A stretch of DNA of 64,000 bases from Trichoplax sp. H2 (Eukaryota), in contig NOWV01000024.1 in the NCBI GenBank assembly GCA_003344405.1, positions 372,001 to 436,000 of the forward strand, read 5' to 3'. The position numbers and the translations under genes are program-made. Shown here one piece after another: positions 1 to 13,500 of the stretch. Below the pieces are notes generated by a model, which was given only the letters and a program-made list of their open reading frames with translations, was not told the DNA's origin and did no database searches. Within the stretch, counting starts at the first letter, position 1. Each line of letters starts with the position of its first letter.

Positions 1-139
1 CAAACTTTAAATTTTCTAGACTAGATCACTTAAGCCAAACTTAATATAGCCATAAATTAATTTATGGATAATCTCAACGTAGTCTAAAATTTCATGGCAA
101 TAAAAACTATTTCATAAATTTGTGTATGTGCATGCTAAC

Positions 140-1396
140 CTGGAAAGATTTATAAAGAATGGCCATTGATTATCTTCATAACATCGATCAATTTCTCCAA
201 GACATATTTTCAGTGTTTCTTCTGAAGTAGCTTCTTTAGGCACGCCCTAATCAAGCATTAGTTTATTTACTTGCGGTTGAGAAATAACTCAATTTATAGC
301 CTCAATACGCTATTTTATTTCATTAAGATAACTACTATCCTTTCTATAAGATAAATTGCCGGTTACTTATTCATTAATCAGGTGTAAAATTATCAATAGC
401 TTCAGCGAAAATTAGGAAATATTATTTTCGGAGTTAGCTAAATTACTTTAGTACGGTAATAATGGTACTCGTAAACTGAATTGAGTAACATTAATAAATA
501 GTATATCATTCTCAATATAAGGCAATATTCTACCCATAGCTATGAGCTACTATCAGAATTATTCCTTCACAATGCTCACAGTAAAATTATGCACCGTATT
601 ATAGATGCTAGTTTCGTCTTTAGACGATATTTACTGTATTTCAAACTAATAATAAAATAATCTAAGCAGTTGATTATGCTTACAATCATGGTTTGCATTG
701 GAATAAAAGTAAAATATTACCATTAATAATATTATTACACTTGATGAGGCATTCGATTAACTTACCCAGCGTAAATCACATTCAATTAAGTGCAACTTTA
801 GCTTTTCGCACCATATTCTTAATTCAGGGAAGACCTTGATCATAGATGACCGCCAAATAGCATCTAATTAGTACTCACATTTAATACATTCGAAAAAGAT
901 TTATCATTATTCTGATATGTTATCCTAAAATTCTCATTTAACTGCCTTTTCCCTATGAAAACTATTTATAAATAGTAAGGGCTATTAAGTACAGTCTACA
1001 TACTTGTTTGACCAAAATTTCTCTTTCAGCATGGAAATCTTTAAATGTTGAAGATACAAATAAGCGTATCGTCTTCCAGCCACGTCTTTTGATTACTGGC
1101 TTTATCTCAGTTTCATTACGAATTGATGTTGCTCGAACACAGTCCCAACATTCTCTCAGACTAGCTGGTTTACATTCGGATACCTCTTGTAGCGATAGTG
1201 AAGGCTTGGGTGGCAAATCTGACCACAATATAGTAAATGTCTCGATAGATCCCGATGCCTTCCTCACCTGAATCGATCTACGTCTAGACGATGCCGTCGA
1301 AACATCCGTTGCCGTGCTAGAAGGAGGAGGCTTATTCCTTGCTGTAGGTAGATTATCATCCACAACCTTTAAACTCTTACTAGACGAACAACCCAT
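140..1396 (-). CDS. Paralog A (5' part only, continues beyond left edge): lipidated DUF4062-STAND NTPase-TPR protein; exons 1004-1396, 766-834, 140-246
   Basis: MGCSSS start; RRGWKTIRLFVSSTFKDFHAERE, VFPELRIWCEKLKLHLIECDLRW and GVPKEATSEETLKICLGEIDRC are DUF4062/TEP1-like motifs; GT-AG junctions at the same positions as in paralogs B-E. Confidence 0.9.
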
Positions 1397-3119
1397 GATG
1401 CAGGATCACTCTAAACTTGGAATTATATACGAATTTATCGTATCTATACTATCAAAATAAAGGATTGGCTTGCTAAATATGTATAAAATATAAATCGTGA
1501 ACCAGAAATTTAGAATCGGGTTGATCTCGTTACTTTTTGAAATAAAACAACACCAAAATTGGGGTTACTAATGATTAACGAGCGAAATACTAATTAGTAC
1601 TCATGTACTGCATTATTAATAAACTATGAAGTTATATGAAACATTCTTTTCTAAATCGAAGAATTAACAATAAAGTAATCGATGCCATAAACAAAAGTTA
1701 TTGAGAAACAGTTTTATTTCTACTCATTAAATGATATTGGAAAGTAAAAATGAAGTTCAAAAAATTAAAAACAGGTGAGATCGTGGAATTCAGAACCCCT
1801 GACGGGAATTTGAGATGCTCACCATTGAGTTGTGCCTTTCATGTAATTATTACTAATGGTCTCAAATATATAGTTAAAATTGACAGCTTGAAATAGTATT
1901 CGTATTCGATACCTTGTAACAATTTTTCAATTAACTAAGAAACCTTCAGTATTTCTTAAATCATCTAATGGTGTATACTGTATATATCATAACCAACGTA
2001 TTTACAGCATGTAGGTAGGCATGCTAGTAAATCTGAGTGTATTACAAAAATGATAGGATTTTAAAACCATCTTTAATCGTCATCATCATTATATAAGACT
2101 ATAGTACGTCATATCCAAGCACAACTGTTTATAAAAATCGTGATTGGAAATTTTTGTAGTTTTTAAACGTATATTATAGTATTTACATCACTTACGGATG
2201 TCACTGTAACCTTACAATTATAGCACGACTGCATTTATTAATTAATTTAGAATGTTGATGACTGATTTTTGGCTTATACCATTGATAATCACTTCATGAA
2301 ATGTGGTATCATTCGTTACAGGAAAAATGTTTTACATATTTCAGATAAACTAACTTGCTGGCTTATAGTATTACGAGCTAAGTCATGTATTATTAATGCT
2401 AGCTATATTTAATAATAGTATGCTGTTGATAGTGGCATATAAAGTTTACTTACCAGAAAGACTAAATAGATTACCAGATGTGATTTCTAGAAGGACGATA
2501 CTCCAATATTTCTGATTTATTAATAGTAAAATAAGTTATTAGATTGAACAATCATCAATTTGCGTCTAAGGTAAAGTAATTCTTTACTAAACGCATTTCC
2601 ATACGGAGATGTTATATCTAGGTTAAGAATAATATAATTGATTGTGTCCCGTCACTAATCCTGTATGCGGTGGCAATGTTAAAATTAGACAAAATAGGAT
2701 TGACCACTGTCGCTATGGCTACTTAATTCAGTCCAAGAAGGCAGTAATGTAAGCATGCGTATAATAAGTTATAGCTCTTTCATCAAACAAATAACTGGTT
2801 AAAATTTTATAATTTAATTGTTTGGTGTTATTATTTGCGAGCGAGAATAATAATAAAGTCGATTGTTACGATAGATCGTGCTTTAATGAATAGTTCATGG
2901 CTGATAGAAAAGAGAACGATATTAACTTTTGATTTTTAAATATGCTATTATTATTTAGATATAATTAGATGATTACCTTGGATCTTACTTAAATTATGTA
3001 AATTAGAATTAGGTATAATTATGAAGCATAAGTATTTTACAATATCATAATGTTTTCACGAGAATTTTATAATATTAATTTTTTATGTCATTAATATTTT
3101 GAGTTATTCTATTATAGGT

Positions 3120-3575
3120 ATAAATTCTCCAAATTCATACCTTTCCGTAGTAGCCAATGATATAATTTTGATCTCATGTTGTCCGCTTATAACAGAACTA
3201 TTTTTACAGTAATAATTAAGCATAAGTCCTCTAAATTTATACTTTTACTTTATAGCTAATGGCACAACTTCAATCTCAAATTATCGGCTATAAATGCTTG
3301 CAGCTATATTATTTTTATAAAATAATGAAGCGTGAATTCACAGGACTTCCTTTATAGCTAGTGACATAACTTTGATCTTATACTATCCTTGTTACAACTG
3401 CTTGCAGCTATATTAAATTTGTATAAATAGTTAAGCTTAAATCATCCAAATTAAGATATTTACTTTATAGCTAATGAGCTTACTTTGATCTCATATTATT
3501 AATCGCTAGTAACTATACTATTTTTGTAAAAATTGTAGCATATACTTATAAATATAGTACAGTTTATTCTTAGCT
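3120..3575. repeat. Degenerate intergenic tandem repeat, unit about 110 bp, about 4 copies
   Basis: Recurring tttatagctaatg ... aactttgatctca motif. Confidence 0.6.
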
Positions 3576-4510
3576 AAAGTTATTTTTCACTGCACTATAG
3601 CATAACTCACTCACTTTAATTATCTAACTCAATTAAAATAAAAAGCATCATACTCAAAATTTTTTTGTTCAGTAATATCATTATAAACTTTCTGCATGCC
3701 TTAAATTGGATACGTTGATCGAGATGTTTGAATTATTCTGATGTTTAAGTTCATACGATGTAAACGAATCGGAAGCACGTACAGTTTAGGGAAAATCTTA
3801 ATTGCTGTAGTAATAACAACTATATATAACCTTTTGATATCTCCAATATTTTATATTGTCAAATATTTAAAATTCTAGGCTGTACGGCTGAATTAAAAAG
3901 TATTACAGAAATTTAGAAAAATTAAGAAAAATTAATCTAACGAAATTTATTTCATTTTTAGTATCATAATAAGGATTAATACTAGCATAAATGTCGATCA
4001 TGTTAATACAGCACAATATTATGCTTTCATAAGAATGAGTAGATATGCATGGATGTATGTAATAAAACAATCTTAGTTCCATAAAGATTTGACGGAATAG
4101 AGTATTCTTTAGCAAACGTATAACGTATAACCATTAAAACGATCGATTGCAAAGCAACTCAGTTATTTCGTCAGTTTAAAAGATCTTAGCATCTTCGATA
4201 ACAGATATTCTTTAGATTATATATTTTATACTACATTATGAATTTAATCTCAATAAATAATTTAATTCGCCTAGAGAATGGTAACTAAACCAATTAAAAG
4301 TATTTAAAGATGATAAATATCGTTCAAGAAGAAAATACTACATACAGGTAAATTATCTCAATACGATACGGATACCTGAATGCTAGTAATGCACGAATTG
4401 ATGATATCAAGTGCTTAATTGGACCTAATTGAACGCAAGTTTGGTAACGTAAATATTACTCGCTAGTGCGGTAATCAATTGATAATAAAAGAATCGCTTC
4501 GAAAATTATA

Positions 4511-7500
4511 TTATTTCTCAGCTTCGATTTGTGATGCAATAAGTTTGAAACCTGGTTCGTCAAGCACTGATTTATATCGAAGTGTTGAAGGATGTGAAGG
4601 CCCGAAAACCTATTCAAGTAATAAATACACAATTATATATAGTTATCATTACTCGCAATACGGCATTATAGCTATAAATGGAAGTATTTTCATATAAACA
4701 TTCAAGAATATATTAAAAATTTTACTCAAAAGTTATTAAGCCACGGTTTAACAAAGTATACCTCTGCTTTGATATCATACGCTCTCTTAAAGTACTTGTA
4801 GGCCTGCCGTTTATCACGAGATTCCAAGCTAATAGCCATATTAAAGATTATTCTTGCTGTCAGTTTATGATATTCTCCATAGGCTTGCAAACACAGATCT
4901 AGAGCTTCGTTGAATATCTAATGTGTAAAATAAATTTACTTAGATAAGACAGGAACAATTTTTATTATTACTTTAAAATTAAGGTAACAATTTGTGACTG
5001 TTAAAAGTTATATTTAATTTTAAGTATCTACTATAATCTAAATCTGCTGCACTGAACACTACATAATTATATCAATTTTAATCGACAAAGTTCCGCTGTA
5101 CCTGTTGGTTTAACATAATTTACGGTAAATGTCTACATAGAAGAAAACAGGTGTAACGATATGACATACACATATCAATTTATAATACAAAATATTATTG
5201 AGCAATACTAGAAAATCATAGTAAGTGTTAAAGTATGCAAAATCGCCGTTGTATAGCATCGGTAACAAGAAGTTGAAATTTACAAAATCTTCTATATCAT
5301 CGAAAAGTGTTCATCTTAAAATACCTTCATTTGCTTATTATATTCACGATCGAAAAGATACGTCGCTATATTTTGTAGAGTTTCAGCTTTATGCCCAACA
5401 TCTTTTAACTATAATGAATACAGTTGTCAAAACGTCGAGAATAATATATTACGCTATAAATTCAGTATTAGTGGATATTAACGTTTTAGCAATCAAAATT
5501 TTTTAAAGAATATTATTAAAATGCAGCTAATTACCTCATCGAAGATTTGCACACAATTATTACAGTGATCTGAGCATCTCGATAAAGCATCTTTAACGGT
5601 TAAATCTTGGTAAGGTCTACCGGTTCTCGCAAATGCACCATAATGAAAAGATACACGAAGTTCTAGCAATCCTAAATGATACTGAAAATAATATATTATG
5701 ATGCCGTTAGTAGTACTGAACAATCTATACACGGTATATCATCGTTAACATAATTAGGCAAAATCTAATTTATATTCTATATGAGTGTTAGGCATTAATT
5801 AGCTCACTTTATTATCATCCCCGGCCAAGTTTTTACGGTAGGAAATTGCCTTTAATCCGGTTTGGACAATATCGTAGTCTTTTTTGGTATCTTCTGCACT
5901 TATGAAATCCGATAGTTTGCTAGCCTTTAACGAAATATGTAATTGCTTATTAAATGATCTAATTAAACAACTTTTCTCTATTGATGTAATAAGACTATAG
6001 TCGTCGAATGAAGTTATTAAATTATGTTTTATTCCAAACTTTTACATACGTCACTTTTGATATCGGTTAAGAGCTCATAAAAACTGGCCAATTTTTCTCT
6101 TCTTGCACCAAGTTTTTCGTTTTCTATTTTAATAGCTTCAGTTACCAGTTGTTCAGCCTCATTAAATTGCCCAGCACAGCAACTTTTAATAAAATGAGAA
6201 TTAATTTAAAGTATTCCATGGAATCATGAGAATAATTTCACCATTGTAACCTTTGTCATTAACTTATATTGCTATTAATTTGAAGACATACAAGAAATGA
6301 GCCACTTTCCACTTCTTATCCGCCATTTCCTCATCCGATGCACTATTGCTAAGTTGTTCTAATGATTGTATATACAACGTTGCAGCAGCTGCATAACCTC
6401 CAGCCTAGGATAAATTCGTTTAATATATTTTAGAAAGGATTATTAGGATATCAATAAGCGCCATTGCTTACTTTTCGCCAAGATCTCAAGAGTTCGACGT
6501 TGTGTTCGTCAGCAGAAAGTTTTTCGAATACAGGCCATTCTAGCAAGCATCTGGCTAAGCGACTGTGGTCTAATAGTTTTTCTAAATGATACGGAAGTTC
6601 CTAAGTGATTCAGGACAATTTAAATTATCATAATTTTAATTTTAATGGTTTTAAAACATGATACTGTTTTGTATTCGCATAACTTTATGGAACTATTTAA
6701 ATATCATAGTAGCACCCAACTTATTGCATCCAACTCCTCTGATTTTATAAAGAGTACATGTGTTAAATACCGTATGCTATCTCTAAATAAATATTGATGT
6801 AAATAATATCATGCTAGGCTGTAGTACTGTATTTAAATGCAATGGTGGGACTACATATTTAATATTGACGGGTAGGTATAGATATATGTCCAATAAGTTA
6901 TCACATGGCTACATACTTATACATTAATTACATGTATGTAGATTTTGATAACACTATTCATTGCAAATTATTGATAGAAAGAAGATAAGAAAATTCTTAA
7001 CGCACTGTTAATTATACCTATATTAATAAATAGCCTTGCAACTTGAATATTTTCAAATTGTTGATTTCATTCATGTAACCAATTAATTGGCTTACCTCAG
7101 CTTTGCGATCATGATTATCTACTTGTTCAAAATATTCTGCTAATTTTCCATGCCACCACGTGTATAAGAATGTTCGATAATCTTCTGAATCTTTCTTAAA
7201 GTACCTTTTAAACGATATTTGTTATAAGACATAAAATTAAACAACAATGTAAAGACTACTGTAACAACCCCAGGATCAAAATAGAAATTAGCATCATATA
7301 ATCTGAGGATGCAATTCAAGAAACTAAAAGCACTCTTATAACGAATAAAATTAATTTGATTTCTAACTTTTTTCTGACTGCTTTACTCATTGCTCGATGA
7401 TAGAAATCCAATCTGCCTTCGCCACTATCACCGCAAGGTCGCAGGAAAGGTTTTAACGCACGATAAACCACTGCCCATTTCGCTGCTGGCAAAGGTGGAG

Positions 7501-10500
7501 ATCTTTTCTTTTTGGAAATCCTGCTATCCTTATCATCATCTATATCATTTATAATAGAATACCGAAAGTTCAATTTTAAAGGTTTAATTCCATATTTCGT
7601 ATAGATGCCATTTTAGGCATGGATATCGTATACCTGCATCATTATCATCCGGTTGTTCTTCGTCTTGTACGTTATTTTTGCGGTAAGTTTCCTCCACCGT
7701 AACATGAAGCTTTTTAGATAAATCATTAGCTAAACTTTCGGTTGCTTCAGAAGTTTTAGGCGATGATTCACTATTTTTTTTCATAAATTCTTCTAAAGAC
7801 GGCGGCTTCAGCAATTCATCATCCCCAAGCAGTTCAAGTAGTTCTCGCTCTAACAGTCCATGACGGGAACATTCAAGAAAGCAAAGTGTTGCAACCATTA
7901 AGTGACCACCACTTTCTTCTTCGAAACGCGTTAACACTTGCTCTAGTAGTCTACGAACAATGTTTACAAATCAGAATTTAGGTTAATATCAAATAAAATA
8001 ATTAGTTAAGTTTAGGGTTAGAGTTAAAAAAATTGATTTATTATGGGTGAAGTTTTAAAATTTCATTAATTTGGTTTCATCATATTAATAAGTATTCAAA
8101 ATAAAATTAAGATGGATTATTTCTGATTAGATGGCTATGCTTGTAAAGAATTAGAGGAAACTTACTCTAGTAGCCCATCAGCTAATCCTTTTATCATCTC
8201 AGTTACTTTACTAAATAAACCAAAGACTCTTAATTCTTCACAAGCTATCGATAACCAAAGAGGATTCGCAGAAGCTTCTTTCGATAGTAGCAAGTCCATT
8301 TGTGTAGGGTCTAATCTCTTATTGAATTTCGTTAAAACTTGATCAACAATTTCCTATATGTACATAGTCAGTTCCAAAAGGAACATTAACTCTACAGCAA
8401 TATCTTCATTTCATTTAAAAATCGTTTATTTCATTGAATGGTTAGGTCATAGCAGCTATAAATTGCAATTGTAATAAGAAAGGCCCCTGACATACCCGTC
8501 TACTTGATAAATCTAATGGGCCACATAAAATATCTTTAGGACGATTGGTTCGACTAGACAGGCTGCGATGGCAAGGCGTATCGTTGATGACAGAGCATAT
8601 AATTCGCACATTAGGCGATAAAGCAAGAGGTAACCAGCTAACTTGTTCAGCATCCTTACTTTTATCGAGCTGGTGATGTGATAGTTTAAATGGGCAATGG
8701 CGTTATTACTGTATGATCATGCATTCAGTGCAGCTTATGAAATACCAATATATCAAACGCTATACTCTAACTTACTTGGTTTAGGGCATCGAAAAATAAA
8801 ATTGTTGGTTCCAGGTTAGGATTTCCTAGGGTAGTGTTTGATAGTCTAACAAGTGACTCTGTATCCGCCGGCATTTCTCCCTTTAGGTGCAAAGTACGAA
8901 GGGTATATTGTATTGGTAAACTCATTAAATTCGAAAGTTTTTATTTATCTTGTTCGCCTAATCTAATCATCTTACGAGTATTGCAGAATTTAGTTAAATA
9001 AAAAAACTTTACTTACAACATATTTTATTTCTTTTAGCATTCTTTGTAACATGAATCCAAGATCAGTGGAACCAGGCGCTGCTCCAATAAAATGATAGAA
9101 GACATTCCAACCTTTATTGCTGCCTCTAATAGGATTAAAGCAAGAAGAAAATTGTGTATACGAATACATTAATATAGACTTTCAGGGTTGAATGTATTCT
9201 GATAATAAGGTGAAATTGTATCGATGAATATCCAGTGGCTGAGAAAAATATGCAGTACACTGTAACATAAGCATGAATATAAAACACGATTGCTTAAATA
9301 AGCAACTAATGACCTAAGAATTATACGTCTCATTTTTAGCAACTAGTAAGTATATTACAATTCAATGAAATTTCAAACTATATTGTAATTTAAACGTTCG
9401 TTTAAAAACGCTCCCTATACATAAAATTCATGTTTAGTTACTCTTACCCTGGTATATCATTGTTAAGAGCTTTAGCAACAGTTGTGGCAGCACTTCTTGC
9501 CATCACTGCACTCTTGCCAGCCCCTGCAACACCAATGATAACCATCGGTAAGCCGGACGCTGGGGCCATGATATATTCTTGAATCTATTAAGATAAAATA
9601 TTATAGCTGAATAGGAATATTTATTAATTCTTTTGAGAATCTATGTTAAGTATAATTAACCATTTATCAAGGTAGGCAAAAAAAAATCGTTAATGTCAAA
9701 AATAGAAGGCAGAACAGCTACAAATAATAGCAAACTATTATCTTATCATACTGATTTACCTTTTCTAAAATGGTGTCACGGCCTAAAACTGTTGATGATC
9801 GAGTATTGAGGAAGGACTAAAATTATCAAAATCAATCAAGACGATATAGTGCTCTATTTTATTAACGTTTTACTATGTTTAATACGTTAATTCCAGTACA
9901 TATATGCAAAATTATTAAAATTAACACATAATAAAATTATATTTATTAGTTGATAATTATTTTTTTTGGAATAGAAACAATTGGTAAGATTTACCTCATG
10001 GGCTTCTCGAATAGTTTCTAATGGATCCATTTTAGACTTATCCAGAGGATATTGATAACTAATTCTAGCCTTAAAAAATTCAATGACCTAATCGATAATA
10101 AATTTTACGATGTTACGAATCGTGTATTAGCTTTCATGTTGCACGGTAGGGCTACGGTATTTTATGTACCGGTTTACGCGTATATGATAAGGTCTCAGCG
10201 TCTTCAGTTAATAATTATATTATAATTATCGCAAATCAAGATCTGCTGCTAAAATTTACTAACCGATTTTACGAAGATGGAATCGGCCTCTAATCCTTTA
10301 ACACGGATAGTGTTGGTAACTTTATTAGTCCCTTCGTATTGGCAGCTGTATGCTACAACTCTTGATTCCTGTTATCAAGTAGACCAAAATTGCTAATAAA
10401 TGAATTGATTCCTTATTTGTAGTTCGTAGTGAAAGATGCTGATCATTGAGATTTAAATACTGGTCAGCGAAGCGTCAGTGTAATCTATGTATTTTATAAT

Positions 10501-13500
10501 ATTTAGGAATTGTCATTGTTGTTTACAAAATGATTAATAGAACCTTAAGACCAAATTATTACTAAATTATGAAAATACATAGCTAGTTGTATCATTTTTA
10601 GAAGTCACTAACGCAAAGCTGTCTCAATATTATGTTTCAATAGCGTTATATCCTTATTTAGCACTAATCTCAATACAATTTAGTGCTACTTAATACTATA
10701 CTCGTCGTAAGATAAACTCGATTAAGTCAAGTATAAATCCATCTCATAGCTTCGTACTACTTTTAGCGATATTTCCTTCAGAAGATTTCTTTTAGGTAGC
10801 TTAAAATTATATTGATAAAAGCTGCTGTCAACATAATTTTAAAACTTCATTATTCTACATTCTATTGGTCTAGGTATTCTAGCATCATAACACATTTTAA
10901 GAATTAAGGGTTACTTGCCATAAATCTAGTCCTGTTAATATGAATAATAGTGGTGATTCATTTCCTTACAAATTTATAGTTTGATAGCATTATATATCCA
11001 TCAGAATATTAGATATATATGCTAACTTGCTTAAGTGTAAAAATTTTCGAGAATTAATAGCTTTATCAGTCAAAAGACATTCAAAGTTAAATAATTCAAC
11101 CGCTAACAACAAATGAATTGATAATTGATAATTTATCAATCAGAAGATATATAAAGTTAACTAATTTAACTATCTACAACGAATATAACAATAATTGATA
11201 GTTTTATGGATCAGAATTGTATAAAGTAGACTACTACTTCAACTTTATGCAGCAAATATATCGATTATTAATTTGTAGTTTCATCAATCTGAAGATATTT
11301 AAAGTTAACTAGTTTAACTTTCCACAAAAAAAATTTATCAGTAATTTGTAGTTCTATCAATCATAACACGCGTATATAACATATATAAAATTAACTAGTT
11401 CAACTGTCTACAAATATATCGCTAATAAAATTGGCTTATCCTTGGGCAAGTTAGCTTACATCACTTGCATACCAGCAAAGGATTATCATTTTTAAGTTGT
11501 AAGTTAGTAATGTGGAGCTTAGAAATCATTAGTGCAATATCAAGACTATGCCAGAATCCAACATTCCACAAATTAATGAAGGGTAAGTACAAACACTAGA
11601 ATTTCATTTCTAGACTGAAAATTAAGATATTCGTTTTATTCATTGTCTTGGAAGGCGTTAAACTATATTATATATTGCGCTCTCCATTTTGTTGATAAAG
11701 TTTTTTGTCGTTATCATTCATTTACTTATTAGGGAATCGTACCCGACTGATCATCACTTAAGGTGTTCTACTATAAAAGGCATCAGGTGAGATAAAGAAA
11801 TCAATTAATGCCTAATCATTGATGCATGATCGTAAAGGCGTATGTATTTAGTTATGAGGGATCCTGTAAAGAGCAAATGAAGCCTAGGTATAACGATAGC
11901 TACTGATAAATCTCTTCATTTAAATGTTTCTATCTCACTAAGTGCTGTACTTAATTCCTTTAAACTTTGTTAATGTTTATTTATATCGTGAGTGAGAAAT
12001 TCAACATGGTAACCGAATAGAAAGTAATCAACTGTGCTAGCTCTAGTCGCGCATTAAATTGGCTTAAATTATCAGACATAAGCACTCAATGATAATAGGA
12101 TTATTCAGATAGAATAACAACAACAAGAAAATGATAAATTAACTTGATATTACTGACATGATTGACTATCGATGACTGCAAAGTGATCGGTTCCAGCCAT
12201 TTTGATTTGATTGGCTCGATGCTGAAAGTCTATGGTATGAATCATCATGACTTTCATATAGTCTCTGCAACTTTATTGACTGATATGTTACATAGTCGAT
12301 TAGGAGTTGTGATCGTATTGAATACTGGAAATACAAAGTTTTCCTTATGTTTTAGTCATACAGTAGCACTTAGAATGTCTTATTTAAGCCTTATGATAGC
12401 AATAGCCACTTAACAAAAGCGCATGCGTAATTACCCTGTTAAATGCAATCGGGTCATTAGCTCGCTGATCTGCAATTAGGGTTAGGCAAAATGAAGGAGG
12501 GGTGAACAGCAAGCCGGTACTCGGCTTCATAGATCGATAGAATATCGATAGCAAGTAGAAAAGTTGATGTTGATGGAAAGGGCTCATTTAAATAATTTAC
12601 TCTATTCATTGCAAAGTACTGAGGTTACAACGGATGGAATGATGATGATAGATTGAGCATGGATATATAGGAGAAGATAAGCGAAATTTGCATGCTAAAT
12701 TAAGCATTCTAAATCATGATTATGATGTTACCGGAAATCTTCCTTTAATGCAATCTTTTAATAATTTCATTTTTTCCTCTGCTTGCTCGGAAGATTCAGT
12801 AAAATCGTCTTTCAGTTCTGATGGCAAAGTCGTAATAAAATCCGGATCACGAATGAGGAATAGAGCTAAATAATTAACATCGATATGGATAGAAAGGTCA
12901 ATAGGTGGACTAAAAATCCAATCAACAGCATACTTGTATTGAATTAATAGCAACGTAATTAAAAAATGAAGTTTAGAAGAAATATTTGCTGTATTCTAAG
13001 CTTTTCATTGCATGCATAACACCGACCATTTGGGTTAGCTCTACGGAAAGCACCATGGATAATTTCCATTTCGGTAATAGATGTACCAAATATCCATCCA
13101 TATTCTTCAGCTAAATATTTTGGTACATCAGATTCACTTGGTATCCAGCCTGAGCGATGACTACCAATATCGAACAAAAATAATTATTGTCATTTGTTAA
13201 TGCTAGAGTCTATAAATTTACAAGTACCATTATCATTATCATGTTTCTATAATATCATTTCTGCCTGCTGGAGTTATATACAGCAATTTACTTATTTACT
13301 GTACGGTCATAATCACTACCATCTCTTGTCATAAATCGCATAAAAAAACTAATTATATTACTTATTTTAAAATCAGTATTCTAAAATAATATCGAACCTG
13401 GACAGGTTTAAGAAAAATGGCCACATATTATCTTCATAACATCGATCTATTTCTCCAAGACATATTCGTAGCGTTTCCTCTGACGTAGCTTCTTTAGGAA

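Noticed and set aside
4918..5534. Apparent loss of the LGDxGHLAE exon in paralog B
   Set aside because: A diverged but intact version (LKDVGHKAETLQNIATYLFDREYNKQMK) is present at 5325-5408.
8012..8025. TTAGGG-like telomeric units (also near 60959)
   Set aside because: One or two units only; the TEP1-like similarity does not imply telomerase function because no TROVE domain is present.
12430..12441. ATTACCCTGTTA resembling part of the I-SceI site
   Set aside because: Only 12 of 18 bp with no supporting context; likely chance.
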